This document shows, piece by piece, positions 15,501-28,800 of a stretch of DNA of 63,488 nucleotides. Origin of the DNA: Catajapyx aquilonaris (taxonomy: Eukaryota). The notes below the pieces were generated by a model. It ran no database searches and was not told the DNA's origin. It worked only from the letters and a program-made list of their open reading frames with translations. The stretch covers positions 62,001 through 125,488 of the forward strand of contig KZ538112.1 in assembly GCA_000934665.2 (NCBI GenBank), written 5' to 3'. Position numbers and translations under genes: made by a program. Positions within the stretch are counted from its first letter, which is position 1. Every line of letters starts with the position of its first letter.

Positions 15501-18500
15501 CAACCCCAGCCTTCGTTTCCGAAGCAACGGCCTCCTCTTTCTGAGCGAGCAACTTCGTCTTGGCCCCGATGGTGCAACAGTACTGGTGGTGCATGTGGAA
15601 GCAGTCAGAACAGGTCCTGCCAACCTGACAGCACAAGTGTCTGGGTATGCTGGAGACGGGTGTGGACCAGAATCTGCGGTGGATCCAGGAGGACAGGACT
15701 CGAGTGTGGCATCTTCTCATCCTGTTGGAGTTGCGACGCTGTCCCATACCACCAGTGTGATTTCAGAAGGTGTCACCAAGACTCGTATGCAAGCAGCTTA
15801 CTTCTGTGCTAATGGTGAGTACTACAGCATGCATACATCCTTCACTGATTAAATGTGCAACTTATAACAGAATACGTGCTGGTGTCTGACATCGAGGAGT
15901 CCAACCTGCGATGGGCACCAAGCCCACTCAGGAGGAAGCACTTTGTGGTGTGGATTCGAGCGTCAAATGAGGCTCGTATCGGACTTGGTGAAGAGTCGGG
16001 ACAAGCCAAGTTTACGTTTGTTCTTGGTGCTGAAGACAATTCCAGGTCTTGGTTAAAACGGTCTGGTTCTGGTAAGTGTCTCACTGAGGCACTTCTGAGG
16101 ATGTGTCATGATAATGCCATGTATTTGACAGGTGCGGGAACAAGGTTGACAACCAAGGAAAGTCCATCATTGTTGTCAGGAGATGAATTCCGGCCGTTTT
16201 GGGTCAGCTGGGAAGGAGACGTTTTAGCACTTGGAGAGGGCAATCGACCAGGTGACCACGCCGTTGCAATACTGAAGTGGCACCCAGCTAATCCGAGCCG
16301 TGACCTCGAGCACATCCGTCACGTCGGGTTTTCCTCACCTTTTGGAACACCTGCACAATTCCGGTTGGTGTCTGCATATACAGAGAATTTGCGACATGAC
16401 AGAATAATAATACTGTTTTGTTTGTGTGACTATTACAGATTATGGAGGGAAGATGAGGAATCAGGGTTTTCACACGTTTTCCACCTGGATTTTCCTCCAT
16501 TTCCTGTACCCGGAACTGAAGGAGGCTCTCTCCTTGTGTCTGGCAAGTTACCAGTTACTTGTACAATACATGTGGTTGACAATCTGGTAATGTGACCCAT
16601 GATGTGGTTCCAACACTAGGTGGGTTTTCCCTGCCCTGCTCCAAGACAACGCTGGAGGAGCCACCTGCACCCACATTTTCAGCATCACTGAGCAGGCTGC
16701 TGCCTCTACTTCCATGGAACCAGGCCTCCTCTATCAAACAGGACGTGGAAGGCACTGTGCAGCCAAAAATTCAAGATATTCTAGCATTCAGGCGAAAAGA
16801 CGGCGCATTTGGTGACCACCACGACCTTCCTAATATCAGGTGTGTAATACTTGCACGAAATATTGTACATACTGAAAGTGGCTGAAAGAGGGTGTGTGCA
16901 ATAATATAAATGCATTGTGATCAGATCTACGTCACGATCATTGGAAGCTCTGTTCCGGGCCCAGGCTTTGTGTGCGGTGGATCCAGAATTGATTCAGAGT
17001 AGTCGTGAATGGCTTTGGTCTCAGCAAAACCAGAATGGAGGCATTTATGCTGCAGAGGCTACCAATGAGGAAGCTGTCACTACCACTGCAGAGGTTCTAG
17101 TGACTCTGCTGGAAACAAGTGATGATGCAAATCAAGGTAAATATATGGCAGATAAATATGTAGATCCTGATCTCATTGGTGGTTTTGTTATAGTGAGTGA
17201 GGATGACTATGACGAAGAAGAACGTCTGCAAAAGGCGCGTTTTTATCTCGAGAAACACCTCCCAGAATCAGGCCAATGGACAGACCCCTTACCACTGGCA
17301 GCTTCCACAGCTGCTCTCTTGCGATCCCACAGCCCACTGAGTGACACAGCTCTGGCTCTTCTGGACAAACGGACCAGGAGAGAAGGGTCGTCAGGAGACT
17401 CCTTCTCGTGGGATGGCGTTCTGGATGGTTACACTGATGAGTCCAGGGAGTCAGCCAGGGGGACACTGGCGGCCGTGTGGGTCCTGGAGGTGCACACTCT
17501 CCGACACCAGCTGAGAGAGGCAGAGGCTGTGGCCAGGTGGATAGCTCTTAGGGCACCTATGCTTCTTTATCTTGCCAAGGTGAGAAGCAAATATCAATGT
17601 CACCACAGCTGTATTTTACTGCCAATTTTCCTTTACCGTTACATTTGTTGTGGTAGACTCATCCTGTGGTATGGCGCTCAACATCCAGCTTTGCTCGTCT
17701 TTCGGAAGACCTGCCAAGGGCGCTGACGTTGTCCTTAGCAACGTCTGGTATGGAAATGACTGACACCCTGGTGCTTGAGTCAGACTCTCCAGATGACTCA
17801 GACACTGACGATGACAGCAATGAGATGCCTCGAAGGCTTCAGCTTCCTTCACTCCCTACCCGACTCTTCGCTTATGCTACGGGGGCAGGGTGTGCCACAT
17901 TGCAGAGTGAGGTCACCTACGCGACATATGCCACTGGGGCAGGCTCAACTCTTGACCTTTTGGCTGAGGTGGAATCAGAGGCCGCACCAGATGTAGCATC
18001 AGGCCAGCCAGAGACTATAGTGGTGCGTGTGTGCTTGAAGTCGAAGGTGGATCAGCATGGACCATCATGGGTGGAGGCTCGTCTCTTCTCTGGGTTCCGT
18101 CTGGAGACATTGTCATCTGAAGGTCTCTCGGGTGAACCAGCCGTGCTGCGTACAGAGTCTCATGGAGAACGGCTGTGGTTGTTGCTCAAACAGGTATGCT
18201 ATTTATATGAAAAATTATCTACTTCACCTCACGTTATGCCTCATCATGGCCCTTGCATATTAATAACCCCATATATTCTGCCAGAGCATGTAGGTCATTA
18301 GTTACGATACTTTGTTCCAGGTGCCATCACATTGCCATTTGTGTCTGAGGCTATTCCTGCGCAGAACATGTGCTGTTCGTAGCCTACGGCCAGCACTTGT
18401 TCGGGCATATCCTGTGGGTCAGGAGCACCTTGCTTCTGAGAAATTCTTCCATGGACGCCATGGTGGTTCACTTGTGAAGGACGCACTGCCTGATGACTGG

Positions 18501-19017
18501 GGACTATGGACTGCTGCTAACCAATCAGGTACAATTGGAACCAAGGGCCTATAGTTCTGGGGAATAATTCGTGTGCAAACCCATTGCAGAAGCTGAAGAC
18601 ATGGCAGCATGTGTATGCACCAATGCATGTGCCATGACCTCAACAATGGCACCAGAAACAACAACCACACTCATCCCAACCAGCACACCAAAACCCACCA
18701 CCACCAGCACCACCGTCACCACCGTCACCAGCACCACCACAACTGCCACTACCACAATGGCAACAACTACCAGCACCGAACCATCCACAACAGCAGCCAG
18801 AACCACTGCCAGCACTGATTTTCCCAGTACAAGCACTGAGGTGCCAACTTCTACCAGGTCAATAATAAGTCCGACACGTAGTGGTCGCCGAGAAAGGGTC
18901 AACCTGCTGGAGGAGCAACAGAAAGAGAAAGACCTGTACCTGTTGGATGGACAGACTCTGTGGATGCTACTGAGAGACGCAGCTCGTCTTCAGTTGCGAC
19001 GCGTTCAGATACCTTAG
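3525..19017 (+). CDS. CPAMD8-like / alpha-2-macroglobulin (TEP) family protein, thioester-less, with FAMeT-like domain; multi-exon, 5' end not located
   Basis: Phase-consistent exons read manually. 3525-3707 gives ...DVIIQTSRRNYSPGDK (MG2 start, cf. VFIQTDKPIYKPGQ). 6196-6321 gives VEDPRGVRPALW. 7176-7408 gives FKPGLPFLGK (MG4). Then 9568-9723, 11044-11172, 13862-14046, 14099-14219 (EMAPASHMLVYFVGEDGETVSD) and 14282-14631. Further exons from ~15186 to 19017 give HMPNSIQVGE (MG7), FRRKDGAF and WLWSQQNQNGG (TED), GAGCATLQ, and VEARLFSGF...LRPALVRAY (MG8), followed by a Thr-rich tail and TAG at 19015-19017. Confidence 0.9.
3721..3757. repeat. AT-rich (TA/TAA) microsatellite in TEP intron
   Basis: atatatataatatataatatataatataatataaatt. 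Confidence 0.7.
5444..5607. mobile_element. MITE, 164 bp, with perfect 43-bp terminal inverted repeats (CACTCTTAACC...)
   Basis: 5444-5486 is the exact reverse complement of 5565-5607. Each TIR contains the internal palindrome TTACCTTCTCTAGAGAAGGTAA. No clean target-site duplication was seen. Confidence 0.85.
15871..16363 (+). other. Farnesoic acid O-methyltransferase-like (Methyltransf_FA) domain embedded in the TEP gene
   Basis: IRASNEARIGL...FVLGAEDNSRSWLKR...SPSLLSGDEFRPFWVSWEGDVLALGEG...IRHVGFSS matches the FAMeT-type repeat pattern also found in CPAMD8. Confidence 0.85.
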
Positions 19018-22000
19018 TAGGTTACCGACGGGGATTCAGTTATGGGGGGTTTTGTACTGCGAATAGGTACCAGTCTTTGCATCGGCTATGTTATTTGGCA
19101 TGTATGAATTTTTGTGAGAAAGTTTTACCAAAGAGATGCAATTTTATTGCCTGCGACATAATAAGTGGTTCTGAATACTTGGTATGTGGTTGAATACATA
19201 ACCGGAACACAGTATTCGCTACTTGCCAGGCAATCAAACACATATGGTGCATCAGCTATACATGGTGCTTTTTTTGCAGGTAATAAAATTGCAAACTGCA
19301 AGGTCATGACAATTTTGATAAATGATCAAATTTTTCAACAAATACATGTAAGATACTGATCCTACACTGTAAATGACTCCAGTAATGACAGCCATTGCAG
19401 AAAATAAGTTTTCACCTCTTGTATAACAGCATATTCAACACATGAGTCATGATGCAATCATGAGATTTACCTTCTCTGTAAGTCATTTTGCAACACAGCA
19501 TGTGGTCAGCTGAGAATATAGTATTTTTTCGAGCCACTGCAATGATGAAATTTTATATGATGTACTGTATGTTTGATGTTGATCTTTTAGTGGTTCCAGT
19601 GTGCAATTGTTCAGAAATCATTTTCCCTAACTAATTAAGAATTTGATCTTCCTATATATCCTGGTAGTCACTAATACCATACACAGTATTGGAGCAATAA
19701 TAACTCATTTTTGGCAAGTAGTGGAGGTGAAAAAAATATTAATTCTCAGTCGATTATATGCACTTGCACTTTATTCTGGTCACTGGAAATATATTGTATA
19801 TAATACTACAGACTAATTGAAATACCAACTACTGTTAATAGCACTCTGCATAATAGGCCAAATATCATCCACCTAAAATTGCTATTGAATTTTTTGGAAA
19901 GTTTTCAGCAGCTACTTACAGGAAATTTTGAATTGTGTGATTTTAGTAATATTGTTGTGAAAATAATGCCAACTATACTGTACACCTAATTAGGCTCACA
20001 GTGGATCATCGTAAGACCGGTACCTATTCCCTACGTGCAGTTTACAGGCGCGCCTCAACGAACTTATCTGCTCAATAAGTCAATCACCCTGTCCAGAATG
20101 GTAACTACCAGTCTAGTCGCAAAAAGTGCCAGCTGCCTTTTCCCGCCGAGCACATCAAGATATAGAGAGTAGCACGAGTCCAGAAACAAGTGAGAGGAGG
20201 ACCGTACCCGCATTGTATGCTCATGCAGCATACATTTCCAGTGCCAAAACCTTCAAAAAAAAGGACGGTCTTTCTACAAGGATCCCTCCGAATTTGCTCT
20301 GCACTTTTTATCACCATGTCTGCACATAGTAATGTAGGATTAAAATAGTCCGAGATTTTCCTGTGTAATTGTGTGACAGTCTGTCTTATGGATATGGGTT
20401 TGGTTTTTCTCTACTGTGGATGCAGAACATATATAACATTTTGAACACAAATAAACTGTAAAATATGAATACTGAAACCTCTTTCATATTGTCAAGGTGT
20501 ATGCCAAGTGTTGAAAGGTTGTTTTGAAACCAGGGGTGGAGTAGCTTTTGGCATTGCATGATTCAGGGATAAATTATGAATTGAACAATGGTCAATTGTA
20601 TCAACTTTTGTAACAGTTGGAGGTAAAATGTTTATAGTAATAATTGTAATCCCTCACTATCATGCTCTCTATTAAGGAGGGATTATTACATGCCAAAGGT
20701 TTCCCCATTACTTAGCCTATTGTTATAATGTAACACCCTTCCCAGTGTATCTGGAGTGACAGAGAAGTGAACATCCAATATTACTTTGAAATTATTATTT
20801 AATCACTCTGATTTGTCTTAGAATATCTTTAATGTGCAGGACATAAATGCTGCAGAAATATCCTCTTTCTGCAAAATACCAATAGTCACATACAACCATT
20901 TGACAATTTGTTCAAATATACAAGTCATTGACTTACTTTCTCTCTCCCTACAGTGAGCTATTCACAAAATCGTTTTGCAATGCAAGATATGCAAAAAGCC
21001 AAGAGACAACAGTTCAGATATGCAATGTAATGATTTTCAGTTCAATTATTTGTGACGTGTGCTGTTGTGATGTCCCTTGTTTTTTTAAAAAATCTTGCTA
21101 TGTGATGTACAATTTCACAACTTGATCAAGGATTCACCACGATATGAATTTGTCGTATTGTCCCTTTTGCAAAATGGTTTTGAATCCCACTTTACAGTCC
21201 ACTTGTTCTTTTTCTGATAAAATTTTACCAGCAAATACTGAAATGGTTTTTCAGGAATAACAATTATGAGGAGATTACACTATGCTAAATGGTAGGAAAA
21301 ATTACCTACTTATGAGACAAACCCGCAATTAAAAATTATACAAAAGTTTTATTCCAAAATGTACGGTTTGGAATTTAGGACATATTATGTAATGCAATTT
21401 AATTTTTATCCTGAAAGATTTTTGCATCTCATCCGTCCTGTAAAATTGTAAATCTCTGTATGATTATTAACTGATGTCCCGCATAAGTTAATTGTAACGA
21501 TCACGACCGCAGGATTACGTTCAGGAAAATCCGGACAGGTAGCATATAAGGAAAGCATGGTTTTGTAGTCTCTATCAGCAGTTTTTTTCAGATCACTATC
21601 GTGCATCCGGTTCAACGGAAGGCACTATTTCTGCGCTTACTTGTTAGGTCCCTTGTATAGGTGGATACACCGCTGTCGTGGATGGGTGTTTCTCCCAATT
21701 GTTGTTCGTTTTATGTTACGCGTGTCGTCCTGTTCTTTCATATACCACAGACATTGACTGAAGTTGAGCTGAGTACAAAACAACTCTCCCTTTAATTATA
21801 CTGTTGCCAATGCTCCTGTCATCTTGTTTCCCTTTTAGAACGTCAAGAATGTGTGTCATTTGAAAGGAAAATAAATATGAAATTCAACCTAACATGTGTG
21901 CATCAGTGGTCACACTTGTAGTACAGTACCTAAGGACACGGCTCGGCGTGGTATGGGGGAAATTCCAACTGCCCTGTACACCAAGAGTCCACACAAAGCG

Positions 22001-22875
22001 AATGTCCCGCAATTGCGTTCGAACCATTTTGAACAATAACTAATATGAACCATATAGCTATATATATTTCTTTAGCTGTCCATAGCTGCTGCGCTACATT
22101 CGGCTCTAAAGTAAAAAAACGGAGGCTAAACTGGGTTTAATGTGTTTATGAATAAACGAGGTTCATAAACTTGTTGGACTTATTTAGGTGGCGAACTAGG
22201 CGAAGGAGGTTCGCATGGAGCCCTCGAATGAGATGTTGGGACGTGGCAACTGTGCAATGGCCACGTTGTAATAATTTCGTCTCCACCACCACCACCACCG
22301 AGGATCCCCCAGCCCCACTCTCCGCTCTGGCCCTGCGTAGGCCGGTACACGTCAAAGAGTGCAGCCGGAGAAAGAAAGAGGTGTACCGGGGGGTGACACA
22401 CCGACACCTTCCATCTCACACCCTTCTTCCATCCGATCCGGGCATCGCGGGCCGCCCGTCGTCCGCATCCAGCGAGTGGCGTCGCCCACCCGGCCCCACC
22501 GCTTGACCCCCACAGCTGCTTCGACCCACTCTTGTTAGGTACGGTACGGGTACTGTCAGGGGTCATGACAGGCACACCGGTACACGTGTACTGACTTGGT
22601 GACAAGCTGTCACTGGTTGTCACTGCACCTTGCTGTCAATAAGTGATGCAGATCCGCATCGGTACATGCCTCTTGCGTTACTCCTAGTTGCGTTTAGAAC
22701 ACAGGGTGCAACATTGATGGGGACAGTTATTAAATAGCTTCCTGTCAAGTATTAGTGAGGCAATCTAATAAGTGGGTCACTAGTGTAACCAACATACCCC
22801 CTGACCTACTTGAAATAGTTTTCTGTACTATTGTGGTTCCAGTCTTTGTTGGGAAAGAAGAGGCCCTAAGCAGCC

Positions 22876-25800
22876 ATGAAGGTGAAGGAAGTGGGTCGTA
22901 CAGCCAATATGTGCTGGTCCCCTGCCACGTACCATCCTGCCCTCCTGGCAGCTGGGACTGCAGCACAGCAACTTGATGCTTCCTTCTCCACGTCGGCCAT
23001 TCTGGAGCTGTACTCCCTCAACTTGACAGAGCCTGGCCATGACATGTCTCTGGTGGCATCCGTGCCGTCCGACCTGCGCTTCCACCGTCTCTGCTGGGGG
23101 CCTGGAAGTGCGGGGCATGAGCCTGGATTTCTGGTTGGAGGATGCGATCAGGTACCTGATTATGTGGTAGCGTTTTTATTTCGGAAGGGGCATTGCTGCA
23201 TAAGCCAATTCATCAAAAAAGTACAAAGCAATTAGCTGGAACTTAACATTAGGAAGAGAGAGCCAGAGTAACTTGTCTTCTTCTATTCCAGGGTCAGATC
23301 TCGGTTTACCGTGTCTCTTCCATGATGGATGGTTCTGCAGATCCGCTGGTGTATACAAAGGATAAGCATAACGGACCAGTGCGAGCTCTGGATTTCAATC
23401 CTTTCCAGTCCAACCTCCTGGCCTCAGGGGCTTCTGACTCGGAGATATACATATGGGATCTCAACAATCCTACGGCGCCCATGACACCAGGGGCTAAGAG
23501 CCAACCTACAGATGATGTGGCATGTGTGGCGTGGAATAGGCAGGGTGGGGATCCCTTTGCTTTTTCTTGTGTAGCTTCTGATTTGGAACACTTAAGCGGC
23601 ATTGTAACAATCTGTCTTGTTTGATTATTAGTTTTTCTTTTGATTAATATTGGAACTTAATGAGATATAGATTCTCATGTCATATTTTTCTCACAGCTCA
23701 TTGCCTATACAGTATAATGAAAACCCTAAGGGTACCTAGTAACACCTTAAAGACAGTTACTTAATTCTTGAAATAGCTATAATTACAGTATATGTGCTAC
23801 ACAGTGTTATTAATGCTTAGTGGAAAATGCATTTTCAATCTGGAGAATTGAAAAAATATATTATATTGTTCTTTACAGTGCAACATATTTTAGCATCGGC
23901 TTTTCCCACTCGGTGTGTTGTTTGGGATCTGCGGAAAAATGAGCCAATCATTAAAGTCAGTGACTCAACGTCTAGGGTAAGTATCAAAATGCTAATGCTC
24001 CTTGTAAAAAAATAATTTCCTGTCACGTCCAGCCTCATATTGCCGTTAATTGCACACCCACTTGATTACTTGAAGTTAATGTGAATACAGAGCACACACT
24101 GCACTATAAGCAACTGGCTTTTGTACTTCAGTAGTAATGATCCAGGCGTATCGTCTAGCTGTTGAATCGCACAATCCTCAAGCATGTCATTCCCCTTGCA
24201 CAAGCATGTACAGATTGTTTCTGCTGAAAAAGTTTTTGTCTTAAGTTTGTACATAACGTTCTGCAGAACTAATGTGTATGAAGAGAAAGTACAGGCTCAG
24301 ACTGACGGAGCTGTAGGGCAAAGCACATGCCTTGCTGCTGTTGCCATGTATCAAATAATTTACTGTATTCACCCTCCATTTTCAAGATGCGCTGCAAAGT
24401 TGTCTGTTGGCATCCTGAGACCGCCACTCAGCTGTGCCTAGCTTCCGAGGAAGACCACACTCCCGTGATCCAAGTATGGGACCTGCGATTTGCCACCTCC
24501 CCACTCAAGACCCTGGAGGGTCATCAGAGAGGAATTCTCTCTTTAGCATGGTGTCCCCAGGATCCTGATCTTCTCCTCAGCTGTGGGAAGGACTCTCGCA
24601 TTCTCTGCTGGAACCCCAACACCACTGCTCCTGTAAGTAATGTTTATGGGAATCAGCCAAACTTGAAACCCTGACATCGCATTTAAATATTTGTGTTACT
24701 GTTATAGGGAGGAGAAATTGTGTGCGAGCTGCCCACTTCTAATCAGTGGACGTTTGAGGTGCAATGGTGTCCCCGAAACCCTGCCTTGATGGCTACGGCA
24801 TCATTTGATGGGCATGTCTCCGTGTACTCCCTGATGGGAGGGCAGCAGCAGGTTCTGCCGTCAAGTAGGATAGCAGATTCATTTCCAGGATTGAATATGA
24901 ATGATCCCTTTGGAGGAAGCTTGGGCATGCAGCAAATGGCTAACCAGCAGGCACATCCTCAAGTGGCCATGCAGCTCAAGAAGCCACCCAGGTGGCTGAG
25001 GAAGCCTTGTCCAGCCACATTTGGGGTAAGTTGGTGGAAATCATGTAGTGCAATGTAACCACCCTCAGATTAGAAGGTGGTGGGTTAGTTCGTAAAGGCT
25101 CAGTTGATCTCCTTTTATGAAGAAAAAATTGATTTAAACAACAGTGTTTTTATCAACCTACAATATTGAAATTAGTTGTAATTATTATTGTTGTGTGCTG
25201 CAGTTTGGAGGCAAGTTGGTGATGCTGGATAGCTCTGCGGGCTCAGCCGACCAGACAAGTCAAACCCTGAAGATATGCAGAATCGTGACAGAGCCAGATC
25301 TGATAGAGAGATCGGAACGCCTGGAGAAGGCAATACAGACAGGACAGATTTCTACGTACTGCCAAGAGAAATATGCAAGTGCAGGGGCCAACGCTCCAGA
25401 AGACCTTCTGAGGTGGCAGTTTCTGAAGGCCCAGTTGGTAGAGGATCCCTGTGCAGAGCTGCTTCCATTGCTGGGGTTCAAACCAGAGGAGCTGAAGGCA
25501 AAGGTATTAGCTGTGGGGCAGAAGAAGATGCCAATCAACCTGTCAAGGAGCAGCCCAGGGGCTGGATTGAGCGTGGATGACTTGGCCAATCGTATGGCAA
25601 CACTCTCCAGGGGGGTGAGTTAACATTTTCAAAGGCGTGAACGTATTAGATAAATCGAACTTGTATATGGAATGAGAAAAACACTTGAGCACTTTTGTGT
25701 CTTATCTCATAAAACTAACCTGTTTGGATCAGTTTTAAGAAGCCACTTTTAAAGCAAATGATTGAACAAATCTTCCTCAGTTAGCAGTAATGGAGCTTCA

Positions 25801-28800
25801 TAAATCTAGCCCAATTTTCACCTGTAAATGTTTATCCCAATAACCATTTAAGGAAGAAAGCGTATACAGTCGACTCTGGATACAAGAGCGTTGGCAAAAA
25901 GCAACCCTCGGTTATAGCCAACTCGAAAGGCTGGTCCCAGCTTACTTGCATGTACGCCCTGTGTTTTTCAATATAGGATACTGATTTTTGCGCCCCCTTA
26001 TATCTGGAGTGGACTGTATTTCAGCAAATTCTGTACTTTTTCCTTCTACTGTATATGCAGTAATCCTCCAGTACAGAAGACTTGGAATATTTGGTGCCTG
26101 ACTAATTACAACTTTGAAATACTTATAAGCACTCATGCTCTCTCTCTCTATCTCACTTTCTCTCTTCTAAATGCTTGCCAAACCTGTCGTTGATACTAAT
26201 GCACACCAAATGTAATGAAAGGATGAAAGCCTGCCTTCGACTCCACCAGCAGAGGAATTAAGCTGTAGTGCCACTGAGGTAAATTCTTATATTAGAATGC
26301 TGTGTCGCACACTTACTCAAAACTTCCCAAGTTGTGGAATCACTTAACAAGAGGTTGTGCCCACATATTTTCTGTCAGAATTGGCTGATGTTTGGTAGAG
26401 TATTGTTGCATTAGAACTTCCAGACTGAACCACAGGAGCTACATCCTTTTTTCTGAACTCAATTGCATATTTTTCATAACTTGGGAAGTTTCACTGTGAA
26501 GTTGAAGTCTTACTCTTTGTTTCGAAGCGTTTCCTTTCCTCTTATTTGTCACAATGAATGTCATTTATACCATGTGTTTCAGAATTTACCTCACACCTGT
26601 CTGTACACTCCAGCATCCAGTTGGGATTCCTCTGCCTTGCTGAACCTCTCCTGCTTCCTCTGTTTTGCTTCATGCAGCAGTATTTAACTTGCTTAATGAC
26701 AACATTGCTAAATACTTTTTAAACCTTGCAGCATGTTGATTTTAACTGGGCATTTTGCTTTCATTTTCAAGACCCCAGATGGCACCTTGGATCATTCAGC
26801 CTCTGCATTTGATGCCATAGCCTCATCTTCATCTGCGTCTGATGGTGGCGCAGACACCCCTGCCAGTGAGAGTAGGGAGAGAGTTCACCGAGGCCCACTG
26901 AGAATTCACACTGGTTCTCATGACTTGGATTCAGCCATAAGCGAGTCCCTCATTCTCGGGCAGTTGGAGCTAGCTGTTGAAATGTGTTTAGGGGAAGGGA
27001 GGGCAGCTGATGCAATGGTGTTGGCCGTTGCAGGCGGCCCTGACCTCTTGGCCCAGACGCAGCACAGATACTTTCAGAGCTGCAAAGGAGATCTGTCCCG
27101 ATTGATTTGTGCTGTTGTGACAGAGGATTGGGGTCAGGTGGCCCAGGACGTTGACTTGGGAGGCTGGAAACAGGCCTTGGCAGCTGCACTCACATACGCC
27201 AAAGGGGAGGAATTTAGAGGAATATGTGGTGAGCAATATAGTGATCCCATTTATTTACATATTTTTAGTTAAATCTTATTCATGGAGCTTGGTTCATTGT
27301 ACTGCTTGCAATTTTTCTCAAATTAGAGATATTGGGTCATCGCCTGGAGACTGAGACATCAGATCCTGAGCTTAACAAAAGTGCTCTTCTCTGCTACATA
27401 TGTGCTGGTAGTCTGGACAAGTTTGCAGATTGTTGGGAGAAGGTTAACAGCAAGTCATCAAAGACTCTGCAGGTCAGTTGAAGATCAGTTTTGTGGAAGT
27501 GGAACTAGGCTCATTTTTCAATTTTAAAACCTAAATGTGGCTCATGAGGATTTAACATTTTATTTGCTTTTTTCCCTCCCAACTCTTCACACTAGGAACT
27601 AGTTGAGCAGGTTATGATCTTGAAGCAGGCATCAGTAGGTCCAGCCGCTACCCCTGGCGGCTCTTTGGAACGAGTCTTGACTGGGTATGCTGGGCTGCTG
27701 TGTGGTCAGGGAAGTCTTTCCACTGCCTTGGCTTACATAGGAGATGGAAATAACAATAGTGGCAGCCAGGTAGTGGACCTAAGGGACAGGCTCTTGCACG
27801 CCTTAGGTTACCTCGTTGAGAAGCCAACTTCTGGGCAAGTAAACACGGGGCAAGTTGCTCAAGGCCAATCCCAACAGCGCAAAGTGTCATATGGCCAGCA
27901 ATCAGCCAATTACTTTGCACAACCGCAGTTTAATCCCCATCTTCCAGTGTCCACTCCTGCTCCCATGCCTTCCCAACCTGCTCTTCAACCTAAGCATGTT
28001 GCTGATCCATCTGTGTACCAACCACAGAACCAGTATTACTACCCAAACCAGGCCTATCCAGCACCAACATCAACCCCACAGCCATTCCAGTTCCAACCAC
28101 CTAAAAGCTACTCAATGGCTTCTCCTGGTGGGCCAGTTGCTCCAGGACCAGTTGCACCTAGTCCTGTCGCTCCAGGAATGATGGCTCCTGGACAATCTAT
28201 CAGTCCTGCTCCTAGCTCAGCATCGGCAGCAACACCTACCATTTACAACCCGCAAGGTTAGTTGAATGTTACTTGACATGTGGACTATCTTGCCGTTACT
28301 AATTTTACATTTCCTTTTTTTTTCCATTAACAGAACCGCCTGCTCATAATGTTCCCCAACCAATGATGCAGCAGAACATGCAGTCAATGATGTGTGATTA
28401 CTCATCGGCAGCCACAGGTTGGAATGACCCTCCAGCAATTCGATCGGCCAACAGGGGCAAGGTCAGTTAGACGTCAGGTGTTTCATATTCCTTCTTGGAA
28501 AGGTTCTGTGAGGGTCATTTCTGTGCTTTGGTGGTATTAGTTGTGTAGTAAAAACTGGTTGATTTCATTTGAAAGAGAGGTATACTTCAGGCAGCAGGTG
28601 ACTATAATAAAATTATATTAAATTGTAACAATTTATGATTAAGGATAGATGCTCAAAATTTCAGGAGTTCTCTTTTAATTACTTGCACAACTGGCAAGGT
28701 GGAAATTATAATTGCGGGTTATATTGTCAGCAAAGTTTTTACTGCACAATACGGGCTGCAAGGTGATGGAATAATTTGCTTTCATTTAAACTGCTTCTTC

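Noticed and set aside
15655..15678. GCGPES as a degenerate thioester (GCGEQ)
   Set aside because: Its position corresponds to the MG7 Cys-Gly loop preceding the 'EG' CUB entry, not to the TED.
18549..18902. Val-rich antisense ORF and His/Gln-rich alternative-frame ORF
   Set aside because: These are shadows of the ACC-rich Thr tract of the TEP.
22146..22623. GC-rich ORFs upstream of Sec31
   Set aside because: No recognisable protein features; more likely Sec31 promoter or 5' UTR sequence.
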